A DNA stretch of 64,000 nucleotides, taken from assembly GCA_963796685.1 (NCBI GenBank), contig CAWCMR010000005.1, positions 256,001 to 320,000 of the forward strand, given 5' to 3'. The number at the start of each line of letters is the position of its first letter. Within the stretch, counting starts at the first letter, position 1. The DNA comes from an uncultured delta proteobacterium. Lineage in GTDB: Bacteria > Myxococcota_A > Polyangia > Fen-1088. Below are positions 9,600 to 19,710 of this stretch, piece after piece. The translations under genes and the position numbers were made by a program. Under the pieces are notes generated by a model. The model was not told the origin of the DNA and did not search any database. It was given only the letters and a program-made list of their open reading frames with translations.

Positions 9600-9831
9600 G
9601 GCCTCAGCCTACCGCATCCTTGGGCAACCTTCGAGAGCTTTGGTACCCGGTCCCCGTGGTGGAAGTGGGCACCAGTCCCCACTGGCGACATTCGCTGTCG
9701 ATCCACTCAAAGCACCCCCACAGCAGATATCGCAAATACACACCAGGCGGCTCTGCTGCCGTTCAGGACTTCCACCATGCCACGCTGGGGTCCGGGCCAG
9801 GTCCGGGCTCTGCCCTTTCCTCTTCGTCGAT

Positions 9832-12800
9832 CTATTGGTGGTATTTGGTCAGGTTGTTCCCGTTCCACTGGTTGTTGAAATGGAACAGCTCATATACCTC
9901 ATCTTGGACGGTGGTGTAGACAACATGCTGCTGGTTGTCCCACGTGGTTTGATATCCAGCCAGGCGGCTACCGCTGCCAGCGATGGGAACATCGGGTGGG
10001 CCCTTCTTGTTCGAGTGGATATCCGTGGCCTGCTGCGTGAGACTAGGGATAGAAATGGTCCACTTGGCGAACCCAGTTCCATTCGCCAATTCCTGGACCT
10101 GATTGTTCGTGTCGATGAAGATGACATGCTGCTGGTTGTTGTAGGTCGTTTGATAGCCAGCCAATGGGCTGGACAATGACGCCAAAGTTGTCAAAGCATC
10201 CGCATCACTATTCAGATCGTGTGGGGCCCACTGGGTTCCGCCTTGCGTAAACACCAACTCATGCACGTGCTGATCATCGCCGATGAAGTTGAGATGCTGC
10301 TGCGTGTTGAGATCGAACGTAGTTACGTAGCCATTCAACGCGCTATTCTTCGTTGCGAGTGTGTCGTTAGGCAGCGGATTGAAGTGCCATGTGGTATCGA
10401 ATATGAACTCGTAGATATTGCGGTCTTCGCCGATGAAGACCACGTGCTGTTGATTGATCGGGGGCTCCGGGAACGGTTCAAAGTAGGATGTCACATATCC
10501 GACCAGGCTCTCCACCTTAACCCACTGTGCCCGAGGAACATGTGCCTCCTGATATAGGTGAACGGAATGCCAGTTCGGTCCGTGGCTCGTATCGTACCAC
10601 AGTTCGTAGGGCATGCCGTCAATCCCATCATTCGGGTCACCAGTCTGGGCTATGTAATCCACGTGTAGCTGGGAGCTGTAGGCAGTTTGGTAGCCGGCCA
10701 GCGACTTGCCGTCCTTGGCAGCGGGCGTAGTCGAATCGTTCTGCCGAGCTGAAGCGATCAAATTGACGGGAGGAGCCAACCACGAGCCGTTCGAAAACAC
10801 CAGCTTATAGATATCGTGAGGGCTGTCAATCGACTGATAGACAACGTGCTGCTGATCATTGTACGTGCTCTCGAATGCCACGATGCCACTGTCCATCGCT
10901 GCCGCAGGCGGCCCAGTCTTGTCGTCCGTCAAATTGGTGAAGTGCCAGTTGGAGTCGCCATTGTTGGTCAAGTAGAGTTCACAAATATCTCCGACCGAGT
11001 TCGTATACTTGATTTGTTCCTGTTGGCCGCTGAATTGAAAGCCTGACAGTGGAGTATTAGGAGTTGGGTATATTGGCGGCCGGAGCGGCATCTCTACCGT
11101 GCTTGCGTGGATGTGTTGCGCAAAACCTGTCCGGTCAGGGCATCCGAGCGTCGAGTCTGTGAATGCCCGGACGAAGTTGCCCTTTAGCGGGTCGAAAGTC
11201 ATGCCGTCGTAGTCCCCCCAGAAGAGTGAGGGGAGGACGGAACATGGTTGTTGAGATTGAGTAACTTGCGTAACGACGAGCCCATCCTTGGTGAAAGTGT
11301 GCGAGTTGTTTCCGACCAAGTCCGGTCGCACGAGCTGAGCTGCAAAAATGGCGATCTTCGTGGTGTCGTCAGGTGTTCGGCCCTGAAAAGTCACCTTCCA
11401 GGCTGACTTTAGGGACACCGGATCCTTTGCGTACTTAAGTGCCGGGAAGAAGACCGTTGGCGGACTTTCGACCGGTATCGACCAAAGAGGTACATCGATT
11501 GTGCAGTCGCTCAGGACGTCAGGATGCGTGGCCAAGTCTTTGACTGGACAATATCCTCCCTTCAGTCCCGCGTGATTGCCAGATTGGTCCTCGGTGTACA
11601 CGTAGACGAAGCGCATCTCCGGTTCAGGCGTGGGGTTGCCATTGGCATCCGTCTTCTCGTTAAGGCCGATATCAAAGGCGAAAATGGGTCCCCCGGAACG
11701 AAATGCGATTGGCTTTCCGGTCGAATCATTCCCAAAACCGGCGCCCGAGACAATAGTTGACTGAATGCAGCCCAAACTGACCGGAGCGTCTGAGCGATTG
11801 CGGATATTGACATTCAGAGAGAAGTTATAGCCGCTGCTGGAGCATCCCGAGTTGACGCCTATGGCCATCTTCCATAGGTCCGGACCGTTGGCGAGGAGGC
11901 GTATGTGTGAATTGTCCATAGTCAACTCGTCGTCACTTCCATCGCTGGACGGAAATGGGCCCGGATTCCCGACAACCGTGTTGTCCCCCACAGGGAGGGG
12001 TGGATTGTCTTGGTCGGCTGCATCCATTCTCCACACAGCCTCACGATTGACGTCCGGGTCCCTAAAGGCCGCGAAGGCATGAAAGCCGTCCCCGTCCCTT
12101 GTTATGGCCATCGACGTTCCGTCATAGAAGCGTCCCACGTCGCTGTTGTGCAGACATACCTGGGGCGTCTTGTTGGAGAGGACACAGGTCGGGTCTGCGA
12201 AGCAATTGACGAGGGGAAAGGTCCTTCCCCCATCAATCGAACGCGCCATGCAAGCTCCACCCAAGGTGTTCTCCCCATCCTCGGTTGTCCTGATTGCCAC
12301 CGTATGCGTCACAGGGTCCGCCTGCCTGGCGAACTTCTCGTGTGGAGCTGCGAGGCTGCCATAGAACACCACCCCAGGCAGGTTCGGGTGGCTCGCTACC
12401 ATCGGGTCTGACCAAAGGACGTCCCAGCCATTCGGGAGGATTAGACGCGACTGTGTCCACGTCGCCGGGTCTGGATTGGCTGCGCTCCTTTCCCGAAAGG
12501 ACCATGCGCTGCCGGTTGCACCCGGCGACAAGACTTTGCAGCCGCTGGAACCGCCACCGCTGCCACCTCCACCACCGCTGCCACCTCCACCACCGCTGCC
12601 ACCCCCACCACCGCTGCCACCTCCACCACCGCTGCCACTAGTTGAACACTCGGGACCGTAGGAGATCTTGATGTAATCCGACTCCGTAATATCGTTGTAC
12701 ATCACGCTTTCAACGTAGATACCATCGACCTCACTCTCGTTGCAAACTGACTCTGCCTGGAGTCCAAGCCAGGTTGGGTCCTTTGTAGAGTCCGAATCCC

Positions 12801-12948
12801 ACCCCGTCACCTTGCTGCACAAGGGACCACAGTCCAGTGCATTCGCCGGGGAGGCAACTCCAAGGATCGCGAGGGCGACAATTGTCGCGCCGACACCGTG
12901 CCAAAGGGTCTGTTGCTTCGAGAACGTCATCATCTTTGAGTGGTTCAT
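9832..12948 (-). CDS. large secreted protein: Gly/Ser linker, BNR-like region and C-terminal fucose-lectin-like beta-propeller repeats
   Basis: Signal peptide (ANA-L); (GSGGGG)n; RSIDGGRTF Asp-box-like motif; about six repeats of L.GY.T....QQHV.Y/F.......EL.....W. Confidence 0.7.
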   Translation of the reverse strand: MNHSKMMTFSKQQTLWHGVGATIVALAILGVASPANALDCGPLCSKVTGWDSDSTKDPTWLGLQAESVCNESEVDGIYVESVMYNDITESDYIKISYGPECSTSGSGGGGGSGGGGGSGGGGGSGGGGGSGGGSSGCKVLSPGATGSAWSFRERSAANPDPATWTQSRLILPNGWDVLWSDPMVASHPNLPGVVFYGSLAAPHEKFARQADPVTHTVAIRTTEDGENTLGGACMARSIDGGRTFPLVNCFADPTCVLSNKTPQVCLHNSDVGRFYDGTSMAITRDGDGFHAFAAFRDPDVNREAVWRMDAADQDNPPLPVGDNTVVGNPGPFPSSDGSDDELTMDNSHIRLLANGPDLWKMAIGVNSGCSSSGYNFSLNVNIRNRSDAPVSLGCIQSTIVSGAGFGNDSTGKPIAFRSGGPIFAFDIGLNEKTDANGNPTPEPEMRFVYVYTEDQSGNHAGLKGGYCPVKDLATHPDVLSDCTIDVPLWSIPVESPPTVFFPALKYAKDPVSLKSAWKVTFQGRTPDDTTKIAIFAAQLVRPDLVGNNSHTFTKDGLVVTQVTQSQQPCSVLPSLFWGDYDGMTFDPLKGNFVRAFTDSTLGCPDRTGFAQHIHASTVEMPLRPPIYPTPNTPLSGFQFSGQQEQIKYTNSVGDICELYLTNNGDSNWHFTNLTDDKTGPPAAAMDSGIVAFESTYNDQQHVVYQSIDSPHDIYKLVFSNGSWLAPPVNLIASARQNDSTTPAAKDGKSLAGYQTAYSSQLHVDYIAQTGDPNDGIDGMPYELWYDTSHGPNWHSVHLYQEAHVPRAQWVKVESLVGYVTSYFEPFPEPPINQQHVVFIGEDRNIYEFIFDTTWHFNPLPNDTLATKNSALNGYVTTFDLNTQQHLNFIGDDQHVHELVFTQGGTQWAPHDLNSDADALTTLASLSSPLAGYQTTYNNQQHVIFIDTNNQVQELANGTGFAKWTISIPSLTQQATDIHSNKKGPPDVPIAGSGSRLAGYQTTWDNQQHVVYTTVQDEVYELFHFNNQWNGNNLTKYHQ
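12554..12638. repeat. 18-bp tandem repeat (about 4.7 units) encoding a GSGGGG linker
   Basis: CCACCGCTGCCACCTCCA repeated in tandem. Confidence 0.9.
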
Positions 12949-12960
12949 CGCAAGCCTCCG

Positions 12961-15312
12961 TCACTGACAAATGTGTCTCTTGCAGGTCCCACCGTTTGGA
13001 CATTCCCCGCAGTCGACGTTGACGCCGAATGAGATCCCGGAGCCACACTGCCAGGATGCTCCGCCGCACTCTACCGGGGTCGCACACGTATTGCCGAAGC
13101 ACACCATCCCGGTTGGACACGCGCAATCTTCTGGGCATGTAGTGCAGTTTTCGTCACCCCCACACAGGTCGTCGCCGCACTGAGTCGCGCACCGGCCTCC
13201 AACGCACCGTTCACCCCTCCTGCACGCCGGGCTGCAGAGGTTCGACGGACATGTCGCCGACTGTGAAGAAGCGGTCGCGCAAACGCCAGATAGCATCCAA
13301 GTGAGCGGACTGCCATCGAAATGCACGCTAAATGCCCCGGACGAGGTGGTGGGCAAGAAGTACTCGAGTTGGCCACGGCCAACAGGCCCAGGGAAGAATT
13401 TATTGTCTGCTCCGACGGGAATGTTGGACGTTGACTCGTTGGGGTTCGCGTAGCCGAAGAGTGCCTCATATTGCCCGCCTCCTTTGTCCTTAACGCAGAC
13501 GAGCGTGGGGATCACGTCGGTCGGGCCACCTGTCTTAGGCGGATTCGAGCAGAGGCCTGTCGCCGGGTCGCAAGTGCCCGCGACGTGGCATGCATCCTGC
13601 GGCGTGCACACAGCCGGTGGACCGGGTATGCAGGTTCCCGTCTGGCAGGTATCATTCTGGGTGCAGCCATTGTCGTCAGAGCATTGTGCGGTGTTGTTGG
13701 TGTGCAAACACCCGCTTGCGGTATCACAGCTGTCATCAGTACACACGTTGCCGTCGTCACAGACTGAGAGCCGGTCCACTTATGCACGATCCGCCGGAGC
13801 AGGTGTCATTCGTCGTACACACGTTTCCATCGGTGCATGACGCGGTGTTGTTAGTATGCATACACCCGGCCGCGGGGTTGCAGCTATCATCTGTGCACAC
13901 GTTGTCGTCGTCGCAGCTGAGAACCGGCCCGGCTACGCACGAGCCGTCAGCGCAGGTGTCATTCGTCGAACACGCGTTTCCGTCGGTGCAAGGTGCAGTA
14001 TTGTTGGTGTGTATACACCCGGTTGCGGGGTCGCAGCTATCGTCGGTGCAACGTTGCCGTCGTCGCAGCTGAGAGCCGGCCCGCTTATGCACGCGCCGCC
14101 GGCGCAGGTGTCATTTTGGGTGCAAGCATTGCCGTCGACGCAAGTCGTCCCGGCCGGCTTCTCGGGATTGGTGCAGCCCGTGCTCGGGTTACAGGTCCCC
14201 ACGTCATGGCACTGGTCCAACGCCGTACAGACCACGGGTGCGGTCAGCGTGCACGTTCCACCCAAACACCGGTCGTTCTTCGTGCACGCGTTGTTGTCCG
14301 TACACGGCGTCGTATCTGGCAGACCGGCGCATGAACTAGCCGTCGTGCTCCCCGGACAAGCCATACACTGATACACTTGGTCGGCGATTATCTTCGGGGC
14401 CATGCCGCTCGCCGGCCGAACTGTGTTCACGCCGCAGACGTCGTCGGGGCCTCCGCAGGTCGTCGGCCCGCAGCCGTGGTTGAGATAGCAGTCGAGATAC
14501 ACATCGCACACCATGCGGTCGGTTTGTGTCTCCTGCAGACACCACTGCCCGCACGTCGTGCTTCGCCAGAGTCCCAGACAAGCCCCAGTCAACGTGTCCG
14601 TCGCCGTCGTGGTCAGGGTAATCGACTGCACCCCCGTGCCCGTATTCGTCACGACGCGCGTGTCGGATGCCGACGCCGTCTGTGTCGCTGTGCTAGTTTG
14701 ATGCCACGTCCACACCAAGCTCGCGTTCTGGACCCCCGTGCCCGTTGCCGTGACGGTCTTGGTTCCGCTCCCTTGTCGTGCCCCCGAGGTCTGCGTCACT
14801 GTGTTCGTGACCGTCACAGTCGTCGTTCCCGTGAACGTCACGAAGCCAGTCGTCACCGCGCTTGCCGTCTTGGTTTCTGTCCCGTTACGGCTGTTCGTCA
14901 CGGTATTGGTGACCGAATTGGTGAAGACACCCGTGCTTTGCACAGGTCCTGTCACGGTTGTGGTGCGCGTGTTGGTCGTCGTGTTCGAGGATGTGCCCGT
15001 CCACGAGAGATAGTAGGCCGTCACCTTCACCGTGCCGGTCACCGTGGCCGTGATGGTGTAAGAGTCCGTTGCCGAGGTTACCGCCGTGCTCGTGTTGGTT
15101 ACTGTCTCGGTGGCCACATGCGTGCCAGTCCCCGTCGATGTGGCGGTTTGTGTTCCCGTGGCGGTTACCGTCTCGATCACGGTATGCGCCTTCACTCTGG
15201 CGCTGAGATCTTCGCGCTGTCCGCCGGTCTGTCTATCCGGCGGGTCCTTTGAGCCACATCCAACACCCAAGGTCAGGGTCGCGACCAACAACAAGAGCCT
15301 ACGTGTTCTCAT
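12961..15312 (-). CDS. Thr-rich plus Cys-rich (CDDGNVCTDDSC repeat) lipoprotein, broken by two 1-nt indels
   Basis: ORFs 13933..15405, 13757..14092 and 12961..13779 join into one repeat protein; 1-nt deletion near 14050 and insertion at 13763; GVGC lipobox. Confidence 0.75.
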
Positions 15313-15743
15313 CGCTGCACCTCGATTCAAGTTCGGGCAAGTGGGAACTGCTTCGGCGCGCCTGCAATGACCCATCGTGGTATCACTGCCCTCCACCTGT
15401 GTCAACTAATAAGTACGGAAATACTTCAAATTCATGCCAGCTCACATCACATCACCTCAAACCAGGGCCATCTCGTCCGGCGATTCTGCTGGGCTGGCTC
15501 GCGACGGTCCGCCGCGAATGAAGCTTGGTCTCGCTCACGCGCAACATCTTGCACGCGGAAACGGCCTGATGCAGCGCACCCGTTCGACCTGATCGCGGCA
15601 TCGCCTTCTGCCAAGCTGAAGTGGCGCTCATGCTGCACTGTTGACGTGGCACCACGATCCCACCACCGATCAGGGCAGTCCCGCCGAGGTCCGCCTACAG
15701 CGGAGATCCCCTGGGCATGCCGGACAGGACCTGGTTGCTCAGG

Positions 15744-16346
15744 TCACGGCGTGCAGTAACCCGAGTCCATCAGACCACAGGATTGAAGGATGTCGTCTCT
15801 GCACTGCTGAGCGCCGCAGAGCGGCATACCCACTGCGCGACAATCATCGTCACTCCCGCAGGCGATATACTCACAGTGATATCTCCCGGCTAGTGCGTCG
15901 TTCGAAGCGACACAAATGCTCCCGATTGTTGGAGGAGGACTCGTGACGAGCGTCCAGCAGCAGAGCTCGCCGGGGTTGCAGTCTGCGGTTTCGTCGCATA
16001 CGCGCGTGCCTAGGATTGCGTTGCATGTGGCTGTTGCTCGGGAATCGCACCCGTTAGAAGCGGGGCGGCCCTCGACGCGTAGGCAGCAATGATCGCCGTA
16101 ACCACAGTTGATCGAGCCGCAGCGGACCTGACCGGGAGTCGAGGCGAGCAGGCCACTGTCCAACAGCGTCTGATCTACCACAACAGCATCGGTGAGCCCC
16201 GTGCGTCCTCCACCGCAGACAAAACAGAGCAGCAGCAAAGGCGCGGAGATTCGCCCGATGGGGAGCGGTTTCAGACGCGCGGCTAGTCCAAACAAGACCG
16301 ATGTCCCGAATCTAGAGATTTCGGATGCGATTCTTCGGTCCCCCAT
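15744..16346 (-). CDS. small Cys-rich exported protein (tandem paralog B)
   Basis: Shares GLLASTPGQ.RCGS..C.YGD.CCLR.EG.PASNGCDSRA with 16465..17025; start uncertain. Confidence 0.7.
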   Translation of the reverse strand: MGDRRIASEISRFGTSVLFGLAARLKPLPIGRISAPLLLLCFVCGGGRTGLTDAVVVDQTLLDSGLLASTPGQVRCGSINCGYGDHCCLRVEGRPASNGCDSRATATCNAILGTRVCDETADCNPGELCCWTLVTSPPPTIGSICVASNDALAGRYHCEYIACGSDDDCRAVGMPLCGAQQCRDDILQSCGLMDSGYCTP

Positions 16347-16464
16347 CGAGAGCCAGAATGTCCGACGGTTGCTACCACGTCAACTCGTTCCCGTGTGTCC
16401 TGTGCCCCACAGGGACAACTTCGACTGACGACTGGGTGTGTCGGGCAGGACGTGGTCGCTGACG

Positions 16465-17025
16465 TCACGGGGGACAGAGTCCCGACGGCATCTGACCGCA
16501 GGATTGAAGAATGTCGCCTCTGCATCGTTGAGCAATGCAGGAGGGCGCCCCCACCGCGCGACAATCATCATCACCGCCGCAGGCAGTCATGTCGTAGCTG
16601 CCACATCTCGGGCTTGCGGTTCCGGTACAGTAGCTCACTATCGTTGGACCCGACTGGGACAGCCAACAACAGATCTCGCCTGGGTTACAGTCTGCGGTTT
16701 CGTCGCATTCACGCGTGTCTTGGGTGCCGTGGCATGTGGTTTTTGCTCGCGAATCACACCCGTTGGAAGCGGGGTTGCCTTCCTCGCGCAAGCAGCACTG
16801 ATCGCCGTAACTGCAGGTAACCGAGCCGCAGCGGATCTGGCCAGGTGTCGAGGCAAGCAGACCACCGTCCCAAAATGTCTGGTCATTGCCGCCAGAAGCT
16901 GACACTGCCACCGTAGCATCTGTGAGGCCGGTGCGTCCTCCGCCGCAGGCAAGACAGAGCAGCAGCAAAGGCGTGAAGGTTCGCCCGATGGGGAGCGGTC
17001 TCAGACATGCAGCTAGTCCTAACAA
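16465..17025 (-). CDS. small Cys-rich lipoprotein (tandem paralog A)
   Basis: LLLLCLAC lipobox; paralog of 15744..16346; start uncertain. Confidence 0.7.
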   Translation of the reverse strand: MLGLAACLRPLPIGRTFTPLLLLCLACGGGRTGLTDATVAVSASGGNDQTFWDGGLLASTPGQIRCGSVTCSYGDQCCLREEGNPASNGCDSRAKTTCHGTQDTRECDETADCNPGEICCWLSQSGPTIVSYCTGTASPRCGSYDMTACGGDDDCRAVGAPSCIAQRCRGDILQSCGQMPSGLCPP

Positions 17026-17155
17026 GCCTGATTTTCCCTATGCGGCATGGATCTCAAGATGTCTAATAGCCGACAATCTGTCAACGTGGGATCTGGCTTG
17101 GATCTGGCTGGGCGAGGCCAGGGCGATGGGTGAACGGGGTTTGCAATGTGCCACC

Positions 17156-17923
17156 ATGACCCTCGACGACCTGATGAAAGAGGAAGGCTTTCACGCCGTG
17201 TTCGTGGGCAACGGCGCCGGCCTGCCCGTGTTCCAGAACATCCCGGGCGAGAACCTCAAGGGCGTGTACTCGGCCAACGAGTACCTCACGCGCGTGAACC
17301 TGATGCGCGCCTACATGGGCATGGAAGCCGATACGCCGGTCCTGCGCGGCAACGCCGTGGTCGTTGTGGGCGGCGGCAACACCGCCATGGACGGCGTGCG
17401 CACCGCACGCCGCCTGGGCGCCGAGCCGGCGTGCCTGGTCTACCGCCGCTCCGAAAAGGAAATGCCCGCGCGCGTGGAGGAGGTCCACCACGCCAAGGAA
17501 GAGGGCGTGCGCTTCGAGATGCTGACCAACCCCATCGCGGTCCTGGGCGACGAGGCCGGCTGGGTGCGCGCCGTGCGCTGCCAGCGCATGGGTCTGGGCG
17601 AGCCGGATGCCTCGGGCCGCCGCCGTCCTGTGCCCATCGAGGGCAGCGAATTCGATATTCCCTGCCAGGTGTTCATCGAGGCGGTCGGCACCAAGTCGAA
17701 CCCGCTGCTCACCCAGGCCACGCCGGATCTCAAGCTCAACAAGTGGGGCAACATCGTCGTCGACGAAAACGGCATGACCAGCATTCCCGGCGTGTTCGCC
17801 GGCGGCGACATCGTGCGCGGCGGCGCCACCGTCATCCTGGCCATGGGCGACGGCAAGAAAGCCGCGCTCGGAATCCACGGCTACCTGAGCAAGCCAGGGG
17901 CGACGGCGTAGCCGAGTCGCAGG
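17156..17923 (+). pseudogene. 5'-truncated second copy of nfnB (direct repeat copy B)
   Basis: Begins at MTLDDLMKEEG; lacks the Fe-S region and the first Rossmann motif; translation identical to nfnB except one A-to-L change. Confidence 0.9.
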
Positions 17924-17930
17924 CGCACGC

Positions 17931-19688
17931 CTACTGCGGTGATCCGCTGCCGTCGAAGGCTTCCTCGCTCACTTCGATCAGCGCGAGGCGCTCGGCGAGG
18001 TCGAAGGTAACGCGCAAATGGTCGCCGAGATCCAGCCGGCGTCGACGAAAGAACGGCAGGAATCCGGACATACCGGCAGCTGAGACGTCAAGATGTCCAA
18101 TCCGCCTGCCATCAGGGTCGCGAAGCTCATACCCGCGAGGATCGAAGCATAGCCTGAATGCGTCGGGCGTCGCTAACCGCCCGGTCAAAAGCGCGAGCTC
18201 CGACACCCGATAGGTGGCCCACAACCCCCTGGCATCCGGACGCAAGCCGTAGTCCTGCGCCGATTGGTAGCCAAGCCTGTGGCCGATGGTGGTCTTTGCC
18301 TTCGCTTCAATCTGACTCGGGGTCACCCGAGCGCCAATCAGCGTATGCACTCCCTGAGCCACACGCCGGATAATCGGACTGCTCCGTAGAGCCATGGTGA
18401 TCGTTGGTTTCCCGAGCCCCGCTTCAGCACCGAACCGAAATGCGTCTGCGCTGGACAGCAGCGGTCCGTGGGCACGAAATACGGCCAGCATCGCCCTCTC
18501 GGAGCGGGCCAGCGCGGTCGACGGATCGCGAGGCCGGGTATCGACGACGGTCCGTCCTCCTACCAGTCGACAATCCTTGAGTTGCCTGCACAAGCTCGCC
18601 AACACATGGCGGGGCGGCGCAGTGCCCTGCACTCGGTAAGGCCTGGCCAAGCCCGCCCTGAGAACAGACAGATCCACTCGCGGTGCTACGGCGAGAATCG
18701 CATCGATCTTCCGTAGCAAGGAACTGCTGCGGTCATGGCCTGGCGCGCCCTCAAACCAAAACCACCCCGACCCTTCGTCGAGCCAATGGAAACGCGACTG
18801 GGCCATCAGGGTTTCTCGGACGACGTCCGCCGCGATGGTCGCGCCACGCGCGTCGTTGATCCACGCACAGACGTCGTCGATGGTCGCACAGCCCCACCAC
18901 GCGACAGCTTCGCGTCCCGCGTAGGAAATCCTGTTCACGATGGCCGACTTCTCGAATCGCGCGGCCAGGCGCGCCTGCTCGACGCCGGATGGCACGGGCA
19001 CGCCGAACAACTCCGCCGCTCGCAAAAGGCCACCCATCGAGATCGTGGGCGCCGCGAGTCCTTCGGCAACGAGGAGAGAGCATGCCCGACTCTCGGACCA
19101 CCTTGGCAAGCGGCCGAGCACATCGATGGCGGAATGGAGTCGTGGCATGTCGAATTGAACGTCCGCGAGCCTGCGCTTCGTCTTCTCCATGATTTGCCGG
19201 ATTCGCTCCCTGGTTAGGTTGGCAGTGTCCCCCACGGATTGAAGCGTTGGTCGTGCAACCTGGTCCAGACCGATCCAGGATTTCATCTTCGAAACGTCCG
19301 CGGCCTTGAGCACAGCCGCAAGCGCGGAGGCAATCTCGGTCTCCACGCCGAAACGCGAATCAATGCCGTAGCGTCTGTTCAGCCAAGCCTGCCGGATACG
19401 AGACAGCTCTGGTGCGTACCGTTCGGCCAGCTCCACAATATCAGTCCGCCCCCAGGGGGGGATCTGCATGGACAAGGACAACCCCAAGTCCTGCAGCATG
19501 GCGTTGAGCTCTCCGATCGTCCCCCACCCGCAGTTGCGGGCCTCGAGCAGGTCTGCTTCGGTGTGCGAAACCAGCTCCGCCAGATAATGAATACCCCTCC
19601 TTTTCAGACATCCCCACGCGCGAGCGGACAGATTGAGCTGCGAGACGCTGAGAAGCAGCTCCTTGGGCATTGCAATGCGTTTGCTCAT
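17931..19688 (-). CDS. RNA polymerase alpha-CTD plus sigma70 region-4-like HTH fusion protein
   Basis: N-terminal LSVSQLNLSARAWGCLKRRGIHYLAELV..TEADLL..RNCG..TIGEL...L..LGLSL; then PTLQSVGDTANLTRERIRQI. Confidence 0.8.
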   Translation of the reverse strand: MSKRIAMPKELLLSVSQLNLSARAWGCLKRRGIHYLAELVSHTEADLLEARNCGWGTIGELNAMLQDLGLSLSMQIPPWGRTDIVELAERYAPELSRIRQAWLNRRYGIDSRFGVETEIASALAAVLKAADVSKMKSWIGLDQVARPTLQSVGDTANLTRERIRQIMEKTKRRLADVQFDMPRLHSAIDVLGRLPRWSESRACSLLVAEGLAAPTISMGGLLRAAELFGVPVPSGVEQARLAARFEKSAIVNRISYAGREAVAWWGCATIDDVCAWINDARGATIAADVVRETLMAQSRFHWLDEGSGWFWFEGAPGHDRSSSLLRKIDAILAVAPRVDLSVLRAGLARPYRVQGTAPPRHVLASLCRQLKDCRLVGGRTVVDTRPRDPSTALARSERAMLAVFRAHGPLLSSADAFRFGAEAGLGKPTITMALRSSPIIRRVAQGVHTLIGARVTPSQIEAKAKTTIGHRLGYQSAQDYGLRPDARGLWATYRVSELALLTGRLATPDAFRLCFDPRGYELRDPDGRRIGHLDVSAAGMSGFLPFFRRRRLDLGDHLRVTFDLAERLALIEVSEEAFDGSGSPQ

Positions 19689-19710
19689 TCGTCGGACACC
19701 ACGTCAGCGT

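Noticed and set aside
12554-14130. Tandem repeats as a CRISPR array
   Set aside because: They are in-frame protein repeats with no unique spacers and no cas genes.
15422-15440. Sigma54-like TGGCA motif upstream of the Thr-rich gene (also near 6036 and 50477)
   Set aside because: No correctly spaced -12 GC element.
8492-17155. Prophage or ICE
   Set aside because: No integrase, phage or conjugation genes.
16886-17911. 341-aa ORF as a second functional nfnB/gltD
   Set aside because: Its first ~90 codons are antisense or intergenic sequence; homology starts at 17156 and lacks the Fe-S region and the first FAD motif.
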